A DNA stretch of 64,000 bases from the NCBI RefSeq assembly GCF_006345805.1, contig NW_021832432.1, positions 310,001 through 374,000 of the forward strand, in the 5' to 3' direction. Within the stretch, counting starts at the first letter, position 1, and the number at the start of each line of letters is the position of its first letter. Shown here piece after piece: positions 50,279 to 63,789 of the stretch. The notes beneath the pieces are model-generated. The model searched no databases and was not told the origin of the DNA. It saw only the letters and a program-made list of their open reading frames with translations. This DNA comes from Octopus sinensis (Eukaryota). The position numbers were made by a program, and so were the translations under genes.

Positions 50279-51834
50279 AAGGTGATGAGCTGACAAAATC
50301 ATTAGCACACCAGACAAAATGCTTAGCAACATTTCATCTGTCTTTATGTTTTGAGTTTAAATTCTGCCAAGGTTTTACTTTGCCTTTCATTTTTAAGGGT
50401 CAATAAGATAAGTACCAGTTGAGTACTGGGGCCGATGTAATTGACTAGTTTTCTTCCCCAAAAATTCAGGCCTTGTGTTTATAGTAGAAAAGATGATTCT
50501 ATCGCAAAATCAGTTGAGTGCTAGACTAAATAAAATGCCTTACAGCATTTGGTTTTGTCCATTTATGTTCAGAGTTCAAATGTCACCTCTGCCTTTCAGC
50601 CTTCAGCTTGAGGTGGACAAACTAGTGGGGAAGTAGATAACATAAACATCAATCAAATACTAGGGTGAGGTGATTTAATCAACTTTAACTTTCCTCAAAA
50701 TTTGTGATCCTCTGTCTAGATTAGAAATAATTACTAGCAGAATTAGTGTCAACAAAAATGCCTTGCACTATTTGTCCTGGCTTCTTACATTTTCAGTTGA
50801 AATCTCAGCAAAGCAACCTTTACTTCTATTCTTTAACCTTTTCGTTACCAACCCAGCTGAAACTGGCTCTGGCTCTGTAGTACAAATGTCTTGTTTTCAT
50901 AAGTTTTGAATTAAAATCTTCCACCAAATCTTAGTCACAGTTTATGTTCCTAACACTGGCTGAATGATAACTAAGTTATTTTACTAAATTCTTTGTTATA
51001 TTTAAAGTAATTGAAAGAAACACAGAGCATCTCGAAATAAATACTGTAATGAAAGGGTTAAGATCAATGAAATAAAGTGCCAGTCAAATACTGGTAGGTC
51101 AGAATATCTGACTGTCCCTTTATCCCAAATGCCTCGCTTTGTTCCTATGTAAGAAATCTAATATTATCATTGGCAGAATCATTAGCATGCCAGACAAAAT
51201 GCTTTGTGGCATTTCATCCATTCTTGTACATTCTAAGTTCAAATGCTGCCAAGGTCAACTTTGCCTTTCATCCTTTCAGGGTCGATAAAATAAGTACCTG
51301 TCATGCATTAGTAGGGTTGTTGTAATCAACTAGCTCCCTCGCCCAAAATGTCAAGCTTTGTGCCTATAGTAAAAAGGATTATTCTTATTATTATCATTAT
51401 TATTATTATTATTGGCTGGCAGAATCATTAGGGCATTGCAAAAAATACTTAGTTGTATTTATGCGAGCTCATTACATTCTGAAGTTGACTTTGTCTTTCA
51501 TTTTTTTCGAGGTCAATAAAACAAAATACCAATCAAATACTGGGGTCAGTGTAATCAACAAATGCTCTAACCCCTAAAATTGCTGGCCTTGTGGCAAAAT
51601 TTGAAATCATCATTATTATTATTATTATTATTTGGCAGAATCATTAGCATGCGGGGCAAAATGCTTAGTGGTGTTTCACCCGTCGCTACATTCTGAGTTC
51701 AAATTCCACCGAGGTCAACTTTGCCTTTCATACTTTTGGGGTCGATAAATTAAGTACCAGTGAAACACTGGAATCTGTTTAATTGAGTAGTCCACTCCCT
51801 CTAAATTTCTGGCCTTGTGCCTTTAGTAGAAAGG

Positions 51835-51873
<39 letters not shown>

Positions 51874-52890
51874 TTTTATTAGAGAGTGGTGAGTCTGTAG
51901 AGCTCTGAATAAAAATGCTTTGTGGCATTTTGCTGCATTCCCAGACTGAACTCAGATCCTGTTGGGTTAACTTTAATTTTCATCCTCTCAGGATTGATAA
52001 AATTTATACCAGCTGAGTATTGGATCAATCAACATTATTGAACTCTCCTCACCAAAAGTTGGTGACTTAGTGCCTATGTTTGAAACAATTACTATCATCA
52101 TCATCATCATTATTATTATTATTATTATTATTATTTTTACTATTATCAAGACGGTGAGCTGGTAGGATCATTAGTACATCGGGAAAAATGCTTAGTGGTA
52201 TTTTGCCTGTCTTTATGGTCTGAGTTCAAATTCTGCCGAGGTCAGCTTTGCCTTTCATTCTTTCAGGGTCGATTAAATAAGTACGAGTTACGTACTGGGG
52301 TCGATGTAATCAACTTAATCCCATCCCCCAAATTTGTGGCCTTGTACTTCCAGTAGAAAAAATTATTATTATTATTATTAAAGTGATGAACTGGTAGAAT
52401 TGTTAGGAAGTTGGACAAAATGTTTTGTGACATTTCTTTCCGACTCTTTACATTCTGAGTTCAAATTCTGCCAAAGTTGACTTTGCCTTTCGTTCTTCCA
52501 GAATCGATAAAAGTAGTACCAATTGAGTATTGGGGTCGATGTAATTGACTAACCCTTTCCCCTCCAGAATTTCAGGCCTTGTGCCTATAACAGAAAATAA
52601 TATTATAGATTAATATTATTATTATTATTATTATTATTATCGTCATCATGGAGATGAGCTGGCAGAATCAGTAGCATGCTTTGCAGCATTTTGTACGTCT
52701 TTGCAGTCTGGGTTCAAATTCCACTGAGGTGGACTTTGCCTTTCACCCTTTGGAGTTGATTAAAGAAGGACCAGTGGAACACTGGGGTTGATCTAATCAA
52801 CTTATCTCCTTCTCCGAAATTGCTGACCTTGTACCAAAATTTGAAGCCATTATTATTATTATCATTATTATATTATTATTATTATTTGTA
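50279..52890 (+). mobile_element. Head-to-tail array of about 10 diverged family A SINEs separated by (ATT/ATC)n
   Basis: Heads near 50280, 50500, 50735, 51170, 51413, 51631, 51886, 52149, 52381, 52649; TTAA MITE nested at 50833-51061. Confidence 0.9.
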
Positions 52891-53639
52891 TAATATGAAA
52901 ACAATTTCTTTGACTCTTATTGTATGTTGATGTCCCTGATATTTTACTGTACGTAATATGTATATCATCTTTAAAATGTACGTGTGCTTTTCTGAAAATG
53001 GTCAGTAATTAAAAGAAAAACGAAAAACAATCGTAAACGAAAAGGATGCTGGAAAAGAAAACTTTTTGAAAACCTTTCTTAGTTGGAAAACTAAACTAAA
53101 AAAAAAAATTGATGTTTTTGTTGTTGTTGTTTTGTTATTTTTCCTATATATTTTTTGTTGTTGTTATTTCATAATATATGTTTCTTTTTTTTTATTTTCG
53201 GTTAACTTCACACTATAGAAGAAAAAAAAAAACTATAACAATTATTATAAGTTATCTAAAATCAATATAGTAATTGGTTTGAAATCTTCAGGATTCTTGT
53301 ATATGATGGCTATGAAATGTCTGTTAAAAGAAGATCGCATTTAATTTGTATTGCAGGAACTTCATTTACTATGTAAACACATTGCGATATTCTTTTCTGT
53401 TTATTTTTGTAAAAGTCACTTCCAGTGGCCGTTCTGATATCTCAACAGAATTTATTTGTCAATACTTGACAAACCTTTTAAAGGGAAATAACTGTATATT
53501 ATGTTTTCGGTTTCAAAATCTGTATATACCATACCATCTCAGATTCGTGTTAAATATCAAGCGCCTATTCTCATAAGTGCACAGATTTTTGTGGCTATCA
53601 TATGTAAAATCACACACATACACAGGTGTTTGAATATTG

Positions 53640-53662
53640 TGTTTGTGTGTGTGTGTATTTAT

Positions 53663-53720
<58 letters not shown>

Positions 53721-53807
53721 GTGTATGTGTTTATTTATATAAATGCATATATGTGGCTGTCATATGTAAAATTATATACACACACACAGTTGTATATTAT
53801 GTTTGTT

Positions 53808-53838
<31 letters not shown>

Positions 53839-53972
53839 ATATTTATGCATATAAATTTGTGTATGTGTTTATATATGTATATGCACATATGTATATATAC
53901 ATATGCATTTATATATACACACTTATATACATACATGTGTATATGTATATAAATGTTTGTCTCTCTCTCTCT

Positions 53973-54029
<57 letters not shown>

Positions 54030-54090
54030 TATAAATGTGTGCATGTGTCTGAATAGACATGTATGTATAAGCATATGTATGTATGCATAT
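53640..54090. repeat. (TA)n/(CA)n/(TG)n microsatellite block
   Basis: Direct reading. Confidence 0.9.
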
Positions 54091-54770
54091 TTACAAGTTA
54101 AAGAAAAGATGGAGTGTTTTTGTTATTTTTTTTTATTATTATTTTTATTTAATCAGTCATATTTTCAATTATTTTTAATCTGGGAGAAGGAACATGTTAT
54201 TAAACATTTTTTAATAGCATATTACAATCAATAAAATTTTCTCAAACAAAAAAACAAACAATTAAACATTAGTTTATGCATTCATATGTGTCATCTGTAT
54301 TATTTCATATTAACGGTTTCTTTGAAAACTATTATGTATAATTTCATAAAAACCCAGAGACCAAGGCAATTAGAGGTTACTCGTTTGCATCTGCAAAATT
54401 GAATAACGAATTAGGTTAATCAGTTAGAGTTTATAACATTTCTATGCGAAAGGCAGATGCAAATTCTAACAGTTCAAAGTCCAAAAGTTGGATCCAGTTA
54501 AGTTGTAAAAAATATTCATATCTCCTCATTAGCTTACAAACTTATTTAAATTTACTAACTATAATAGAGTTGACAGGATTGCATACCTTTAAAAATTGGA
54601 TAGTTCTCAGGATTTCTTCATTGTTTGATAAGATACAAATATTTGTTTGGTTGGCTCTTTCAGATAAGTGGATTTGTCTCATGTTAGGGCCAGAAATCAT
54701 TAGTTAAAATATTTTGTTTTTGTAATTGGTTTGCAAGATTCTTGATGTGAACTTGTGTGTTGAAACAAAT

Positions 54771-55140
54771 TTTGTTGCACTTTGGGATAATCATTGCAAC
54801 AATAACAAACACAAGCACCAGTTCAATTTCACTTCTTCATTATTAGTCAGTTTGTTTAGTTATTTAACCAACTAACTAATTGATTGCTTGCTTAATCTCT
54901 TGGTTAATCAGTTGGTTATTTCTCAAAGTCCTTTAGTTGACATTCTTGACCTCATCAATGATATGCCTGCTCTCTACTCCAGAACTGCTTCAAGTCTGAA
55001 GATTTGAAGCAGACCCAGAGTAGAGAGTGATTAAGCATGCAATTGATTAGTTAAACTAACCAATTCACTTGTAATAAAGAAGTGAAATTGAACCAGTGCA
55101 TGTGTTTATTATTATAATGACCCTCCCAAGACACAACAAA
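54771..55140. mobile_element. Degenerate fold-back element
   Basis: acacaagcaccagttcaatttcacttctt / aagaagtgaaattgaaccagtgcatgtgt and further inverted matches. Confidence 0.65.
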
Positions 55141-57213
55141 ATATAAATAAAATGATTGTTTTACACTCATTTTGTATTTGTATCATATACTGTCTGGCAT
55201 TCAAGCAGAGATTTCTTACAGTATGAGTTTTGTTGATTCTGCGTTTGTATTTAAAGAATATATATGTTATTAATTTTAACACAGAAAATATAGATGGTTC
55301 TGTGTTGAAAAATTGGAATTATAATATTCTTAAAACAGATGCTTTTGTCTGGATGAAGAACCAGTAATGTATTGTGAAGTACTAAAAGGTAAAATAGTTT
55401 GATTCCACACATCCTAAAATCACCAAATATAAAACTTTGAAACATGTACTGCTACTAATAAATAATTACATGATTTTGATTATTAGATGTGTGATCATCC
55501 CTCCCCTACTAAATAGTAAACAAAAATAATCCTTAATAATGAAGAATTTAATTTGTTTTGGATAACATTTTTTTTTATTTGTTTTTCCAAAATCTGTAGC
55601 TATACGCACACTAACTTTCTGCATTAATTTTAATGAAATTTAATAACAACGGTAATAATAATAACAATATCAATAATACTGAGACTAATGAAAAAAATAC
55701 CATTCAGATCCAGCTTCTTTGTTTAACATTGTCACTGCACAGAATTGTTAGTGTTGTCAAAAATATTCTCCACAAATGTCTACTTCTATCTATATATTCA
55801 CTCTAACAAAATAGTGCGGCTAATTATCATCTCTAATTTTCTTTTTGTTGCTACTAAAAGCAATATTATTATTGCTCTCTAGGAAATATGGAAGTATTTA
55901 TGCTTTTCACTAAGCTTTATGTCTTCCATTTGTGTGTTCTTTTTGGTAAGGTTATTTACCAAAAGATTCCAGAAGGCTGTGTCTCTGTAGCTTCTACACT
56001 GCATTTATCTAGTGACAAAAGCATTTGTGACTGCTTTAAAAAAAACCATTCCTCTTCACCATTTTTTTTTTTTGAGTACTCCACACCCCATTCCTTTGCT
56101 TCCAGCAAACGACTCCTTCATCACCTGCTCTTTCTTTTGTTACACTTCCTCTAAACTAATGTTTGAAACCCTATCTTCAGAAATATCCTGAGAGAATAAT
56201 GAAAAAAAAAATTGTGCATGAAAGTATTTCTTCAAACTGTCTTCTTTAATTAATGAAAGAAAAAAGAATATATTGCTGAATAAAATTTTTTTAAAATGCA
56301 TAGTTTTGTTGTTGTTATTTTTAATTTAAATGTATAATTTAATTAATTCAATAACCACTAAACTGCTAAATTAGGAACAAATTCCTAAACATTAAATATC
56401 TATAGGGCCATCTCAGCAACATCATAGGCCTTAGGTACACCAATGAACTGGACCCTCCAGTATTTATTTATTGGCAGCAAGCTACAGCATAAAGATCAGA
56501 ATTAGGCCCCTAGACTCTTGAGGGCCCTGGGCAACTGCCCAATGTGCCCATTCCTTAAGACAAACTGAATGTCTAGTAAAATTATTTGTGATTGCAATCT
56601 ATTAACTTCATTCAGCTTTGGTGTTCTGTTTTCTTTCTTTTTATTTTTACATGCTTTTTTTTTTGTTTGGTGTGATTTCTAACCATATTCTGGTGTCTTG
56701 TTCCTGCATGTTTTTATAAAAAATACTTTATTTGGTTGGTTTAGGATACAGCCAGATAGAACATCTGTTCTTGTGCAGTAACTGATGTTGAATATTATGA
56801 CTCTTTTAACAATTGCAGTCAGAAGGCTGTGGCCATGCTGGGCTACCACCTTCAAAGAGAAGAAATGAAACAGACCTTCTGACAGGACTTGAGCTACCCC
56901 ACTGCACATACACATACAGAGAAAGAGAGTTTGCAGCAGAACCACATGATTGATTACAATACACAATTATAAATTTTACACAAGACTTGTCTATAACATA
57001 TAAAAATTTTGATATTAACTGAATTTGCTTTACTCACGCAACTCACTCGGATATCAACCTTCACAAATATGTATTTGACTAAATATGTATATGAAGTCAT
57101 CATTATCATATTTATGTTCACTATTCTTTAAGGCCCTCATGCTTTCCGAAATCCGCCGAAACTACACCTGATTATATATACACTTTAGATGAGTTGTAGT
57201 GCACCTGAGCACT

Positions 57214-57249
<36 letters not shown>

Positions 57250-58966
57250 CATACTTGCAGAGATCAGATGGAATTTATTGAGGCAAATTTTCTATGGCTG
57301 GAGTTCTTCTTGTCACCAAACCGTCACCTGTTTCCAAGTAAAGCAAGCAAGGTAATGTCTCCCCATGGTTGAACAGTGTTTCTCAGAAGATTGGAAACAA
57401 ATGACACTGTACAATACTCATTTACAATTATTGTGAAATGTCAAGACAAGAAGGCACAAGCATTCATGCACGCACACAGACACATAAGCACCGAGCATAC
57501 ACACATATACATGTACACACACACATATGATGGGATTCTTTCAGTTTCTGTTAACCAAATCCTCTCACAAGTCTTTGATCAGCCTAGAGCTATAGTAAAA
57601 AGTCACATGCTCGAGTTGCCATGCAGTGAGTATGAACCTTAAAGCATCTGGTTGGGAAGCAAACTTTTAACCACATAGCCATGCCCTATAAGATATAATT
57701 TTACTATTCAAATCATCGTCATTTAACGTCCGCTTTCCATGCTAGCATGGGTTGGACGATTTGATTGAGGACTGGCAAATCAGATGGATGCACCAGGCTC
57801 CAATCTGATCTGGCAGAGTTTCTACAGCTGGATGCCCTTCCTAATGCCAACCACTCCAAGTGTGTAGTGGGTGCTTTTATGTGCCACCGGCACGAGGGCC
57901 AGTCAGGCGGTACTGGCAACGGCCACACTCAAATGGTGTTTTTTACGTGCCACGTGCACAGGAGCCAGTCCAGCAGCACTGGCAACGACCTTGCTCAAAT
58001 GTTTCTTCACGTGCCAGCAAGGCAACGCTGGTAACGGTCATGCTCAAATGGTGCTTTTTATGTGCCACCGGCATGGAAGCCAGTTAGCTGCTCTGGCAAC
58101 GATCATGCTAGGATGGTGGTCTTTGCGCTCCACTAGCACGGATGCCAGTCATCGAATTTGATTTCACTTGCCTCAACAGGTCTTCGCAAGCACATACATA
58201 TTTAAATTAGTTACAGAAATGTCAGTGCATTAAGTAGTAGTCTAACTAGAGGAAGAACAAGAGGGCAGTCCATCATAGGCAATGCCTTTATTGGGTGGCA
58301 CTTGTGGGTCAGCTGTATTGCTGGGGACATGAAGGCCTTGGACAACACACACACAGATTACGCCAATGTGAACAGGATGCATTGCAGTATTTCTTCTGGC
58401 TGTCTATACTCTGAGTTCCAATCCTACTGAAGTTAGGTTTTACCCTTGTCATCCTTTTAGGGCCCTGTAAATAACATATTAGCCAAATGCTGGTTCAGCC
58501 CTCTACACTGATCTCTCTCAAGCTCTCATATACTAAATGTTGCTCCCTTGTTCAAGGTATAAGGATATCACTTTTTAAAAATTGAAATTATCAAATTAGG
58601 CAATAGCATGGATAAAAAATTGACTCAGAATCCAACAGAGAAAAAGCATTTTGATTGTTAAACACAAAAATTATCCAGTTATTTTAAAGGCAACCTCAAT
58701 TACAATTGAGTCAAAGCTGAGAAAAAAAAAGTACGTGTCACTTGATTATGTTTCAAACTCTCTCAACTTCAACAACAAAAACAATGCTGACCAATTTTTA
58801 CTCTCAAAGATGATGCAACAGGTAAAATGATGATGGAATAGTTTCAAACACATAGGGAGAAAATAGAAAAATCAGAAATAGCTCATTTCCCCATTTATCA
58901 ACTTTGCCTCCTGACCGTATCTATCTGCCAAACTACTAAGTTACTGGGACATAAACAGACCAGCAG

Positions 58967-59172
58967 AGGTAAAGAATATGCACTGCACACCACCCATTTT
59001 TGGCATAAACCTAACCCTAAACCCTAAATCATAACTTTAACCCTAAACACCGGGTGTATGTATTCTTTACCTAAGTGGAGGCTGGAGGTAAGGAATATGC
59101 CCACCACCCGTTTTCGGCGTATCCTGAACCCTAAACTTAACCCTAATCACCGGGTGTGTGTATTCTTTACTT
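58967..59172. mobile_element. Two tandem 90-105-bp mini-elements with short TIRs and internal CCCTAA-like motifs, inside a family B SINE
   Basis: aggtaaagaata..ccctaa..tattctttacct, twice. Confidence 0.6.
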
Positions 59173-59994
59173 TCACCAACAGACCAACACCAGTTGTCAG
59201 GTGAGGTAGGGGTTGGGGTACAAACAAAAAGACACCAATAGAATAAAAGCCAAGTCATACAATTAAAGCACTGGGGTTGATTTGTTTCACGAAATCCTCC
59301 AAGGCGGTGCCCCCACCATGACTGCATTCCAAAGTCTGAAACAAGTAAAAGGTAAGAGCTGTCCCCATCAAAGCGTTGACCTGCCCGGGCAACCCCCCAC
59401 CTCCTTCATCAACCAGTTATGCTACTGATTTGGTTATAGGCCAGCTCAATCAGGAATGACAATAGGTGAAATAATTCTTTCTACAACAGGAACAAGGTCT
59501 GAAATTTGAGGAGAAAGGATTGGATGAGTACATAAACTCCATTACTTAAATGGTACTCATATTATCGTCCCTGAAAGATGAAAGATACAGTCGAACTTGG
59601 TGGAATTTGAACACAGAACATAAAGATTGACGAAATGCTGTTAAATGCTTTGTCCCGTTTGGTAATGACTATGCCAGATTGCTATCTTGGGTCAAAAAGG
59701 ATAGGCATAAAAAAAAAATGTGAAAATGAATTCTAAATAAGTTACACCTTTTCAAAGAAACCTCCTTCATTTTAATCTAATGAATTGTTAACTTCCGGTT
59801 TTGCTTGCCAGTCGAAATGAAGTGAGGGTTTTCACTGTTATTTATCTCATATTAAACTTTACACCCAATTTCCTTCTCACTAATATAATTGCTTATCTTG
59901 CAATACCAAACAAAAGTGAAGTGCTGATAAAAGATTATATTTATTTATTTATTTATTTATTTTTCAGCAAAGTTATGGAGATAATTTCAATACT

Positions 59995-60377
59995 GGGATC
60001 TTTTCGGTTTGAACGGCAGTTTTTAACCTAATTTCTAGGTAACTAAAAAATCTTAAACTTCGTATACTGATAGAATGTGTTTATAAAACATCTTTTTCTC
60101 TTGACTTTATTGAGAAAATTCTATGGTTTGTAAGATATTTGTTGTTTTTTTTTCTTCAATTTCTGCAATTTCAACCAATCACTGACGTCTATTGAGGTAA
60201 AAAAAAAACATTCTGTGCCGTATGAATATATCCCTCGTTTAAGAAACAGATTGGGTTTATTTACATTTGTGAAGAAAAAAGATACCCTTCCCCCCACCCC
60301 TATCCCTAACCCTAGTCATAATTGTGGGTGACAATTTCATATGACACCACTAGAAAAATCTGCCGTTCAAACTGAAG
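59995..60377. mobile_element. MITE, right TIR truncated by the next element
   Basis: gggatcttttcggtttgaacggcagtttt / aaaatctgccgttcaaactgaa. Confidence 0.7.
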
Positions 60378-60705
60378 TTAATAACGGTACTACTTAAGAA
60401 GAGTGGTCCCGGTGCGCACACTCGCACTCGCGCATCCGCGCTAGGTAGTCGTGACTAGTCGATCCTACAACGACTACCTAGCAAAGTAAATAAAACCCAA
60501 AATAAATAATTTTTTCACACAGAGTAAATAATGTTTTTTAAAACCAAGTAAATAAAACACAAAGTAAATAATTTTTTTTAAAACCAAGTAAATAAAACAC
60601 AAAAACACAAAGTCAGGATCAACTAGTCACGACTAGCTAGTGCGGATGCCCGAGTACGCGAGTGCGCGCACAGGGACCACTCTTTTTAAGTAGTACCGTT
60701 ATTAA
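60378..60705. mobile_element. GC-rich fold-back MITE with about 95-bp TIRs
   Basis: ttaataacggtactacttaagaagagtggtccc.. / ..gggaccactctttttaagtagtaccgttattaa. Confidence 0.85.
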
Positions 60706-60793
60706 TGATGACTAAAGTAAGTTTTTGACACTTTTTCGAATTTTTTTAATGTCTGCTTTACGAAGCTCAACATAATTATTTTCAATATACATT

Positions 60794-60835
<42 letters not shown>

Positions 60836-61178
60836 TACATACATACATACATCATACATCATACATACATACATACATGTGTGCGTGCGCGTGTGCATAA
60901 CCCCCCCCCCCCCACATGTATGCTCCTCTTCCCACGAGTTTGTTGCCTCATAACTTCTGAAAAATTAATATTTTTCAATGAAATTCTCAACAAATACGCT
61001 TCAGATGGTGTAGATTCCAATTATATTGGAATTTGTGTTAAACAAAACAAATTTTTCCGAAATTGTGGTGATGAGCTTAGGAATATTCAGACTTTACATC
61101 TTATTTTCTTAAGCTTAAAATGCTATAAGATTCTACAAAACTTTTAGAAACTATACATGGCAATATTAGTCGGCGGGA

Positions 61179-61395
61179 AGGCAGCGAGCTGGCAGAATCG
61201 TTAGTACGTCTGACAAAATGCTTAGCAGCATATTGTCCATCCTTACGTTTTGAGTTCAAATTCCGCCGAGGGTTGACTTTGTCTTTCATCCTTGTGAGGT
61301 CGATAAACTAAGTACCAGTTGAGAGCTGGAGTTGATGTAATCGAATTACCCACTACCCCGAAATTGGTGGCCTTTTGCCAAAATTTGAAACCAAT
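61179..61395 (+). mobile_element. Family A SINE (another at 62730-62910; a minus copy at 59478-59690)
   Basis: ggcagcgagctggcagaatcgttag..gagttcaaattccgccgagg.. Confidence 0.85.
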
Positions 61396-62395
61396 CTTAA
61401 TTGGCGGAGTTTCAGGGAAAGTTGAATTTTTTCTGTTTTGAAGGGGGACTCTCTTCTACTCTTCTATTTGTTTCAGTCATTTGACTGTGGCCATGCTGGA
61501 GCACCACCTTTAGTCGAACAAATCGACCCCAGGACTTATTGTTTGTAAGCCTAGTACTTATTCTATCGGTCTCTTTTGCCGAACCGCTAAGTTACGGGAC
61601 GTTTGCAATTTTTTTTTTTTTTACCAATCATTATGCTATGAGTAATTTTACATTAGTGTAAATACTTAACCGGATAGTATTATTCATTTTTCCATAATCC
61701 TCGGCGATATGGAATGAAAAATGGTTGGAAACCCTGACCGACATACACACACACATTCACACACACACACGCACACACATACGCACGTACACACACACGT
61801 ATGCATGCATGCACACACTCGCACACACCACATATCCACCTCTCCATCTGGTGCAAAATATGGCTGAACTAGAAAAAAATTTTTTTTGAAAATCTATGAT
61901 TGCTTTCAACCTCAATCCTCCATCCTATTGTATCGGTTTATAATTTTAAAATATTGGAGCGCTTGAGAAGGTCTTTGTCACAGTGATTTACAAAAAAGGT
62001 ATGTAAAAGTTAATTTATTTTAATAGCGTACTTTTCAGTTAGTAAAAGTTTTTTCTCACACAAGGCCTCGTTTAGTTCAAAGGAGGAGGGAATTAAAAGT
62101 TTAAATTACCAATTGTGTGTGTGTGTGCTTATATCCAACTAATGGACGATACGTGTGTCACTTCTACATCACCATTCCATAAAATGTGTTTACCGGGAGA
62201 AAAAATGTTGAGAAACATCAATTCATAAGAGAGTGACAGAGAAACAAGGAAGGTGATCGTGGGATGTGCTAGAAGCAACAACCACATCTTCCTGAAATCA
62301 CACACCTTTTCGTCCGAAAATATTTGCAATTTTTTTTTTTTTACCGAAAAAAATTCTATCGTTTTTAAGAACAGATTGCCAAAAAAAAAACTTGT

Positions 62396-62715
62396 GGCGA
62401 TCTTTCGTCTCTAGTAGACCTTTCCGTCGATTTCCGTAAAAAATTTTTATTTTACATATGGGCTTGCGAAAACTTTTGAAGTAATGAGAGCGAAAGAGAC
62501 TAAGAGAAAGCGATTGTCTATCTCCCACACCCCATCAAACACACACACACATGTACATCAATGCTTTCCATGCACGGTAACTTCAAAAGAACTTCCCTCG
62601 TCATACAATCGCTTTCTCTTTCATTACTTCAAAGGTTCCCTCAAGCCCATATGTAAAAAAAAAAAAGTTTTTTACGGAAATTGACGGAAAGGTCTACTAG
62701 AGACGAAAGATCGCC
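62396..62715. mobile_element. MITE with long TIRs and exact 8-bp TSD (Merlin- or Mutator-like)
   Basis: aaacttgt|ggcgatctttcgtctctagtagacc..ggtctactagagacgaaagatcgcc|aaacttgt. Confidence 0.85.
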
Positions 62716-63789
62716 AAACTTGTAGTCACTACAGCGGCATTTCGTCCGTCTGCACGATCTGAATTCAAATTCCGTCGAGGTCGACTTTGCTTTTCATCTT
62801 TTCGGGGTCGATAAATTAAGTACTAGTGAAACACTGGGGTCGATCTAATCGACAGGTCCTCTCCCTCAAAATTTCAGGCCTTGTGTTTTTACTAGAAAGG
62901 ATTATTATTGTTTGGTTCTTCATAATATTTTAAATTTACTTTCCAGTCTGTCTCTATAGCTTTCTCTACTCCGCCTTGTCATTTTTTCTCACAATGTCAT
63001 TGCTGTTGTTTTAGCCCCATGTCAGCCTGGATCGAGCCAACTAATAATCAAAAATATTGTAACTAATGTCCATCCTGCCGCCCCCACAGCGCAAAGAATA
63101 TTTTCCGCACTCTGATATTCCATGTATCTTCAAAGATGGCAGGTGTGATTTAAGGGAGATTGGGATGACTGTTATTTCAAGCAGTTTGGGCTACCATACA
63201 GAGGCGCCTTCAATTCAGCTCAGCGTTAGTCATTTTGCATATCTAGGACTTCATTGTCCAATGTTTCCTTTCAATTTTTTTTCCAAACAAAATTTTGTAT
63301 CGCATAGTATCTCACAAATGACTAAATTTATATTTCAAACCCATTCGATGTATGTCTTGCCAATTTCATGGATTATTTCGTATCTCTTACCCAAGAATTG
63401 AAATGATTATACAGTGCTGCAAGAGACGGCCTGTGTCTTGTGGAGATACATATATGCTAGGAATATCGAAAATTCACAATGCGAATTAACCACTGTTCTA
63501 CCGTAGTCAGATCCCAGTCTGTTTGTATACGTTTACTGCTTTCTGTTTGGGTGATATAAACTAGGCAGTGGTGAAGTGGAATCCCCAATCAGGTGTCCAT
63601 CGCTAGCAGTTGCTCTAGTCATTCGTTTCTACAAGCTCCTTTAATGTGGGAATTTTCTTTTACTGATCTGTAGCTTATTTCCAATAATCACCGAAGATTC
63701 ACATCATGCTCAACTTGTAGAAGAGAAGGAGGAAACAAAGAGTAATCCAAATTCGGCGTCCGGAGGAAAATGTCATCCCTACTCCAAGA

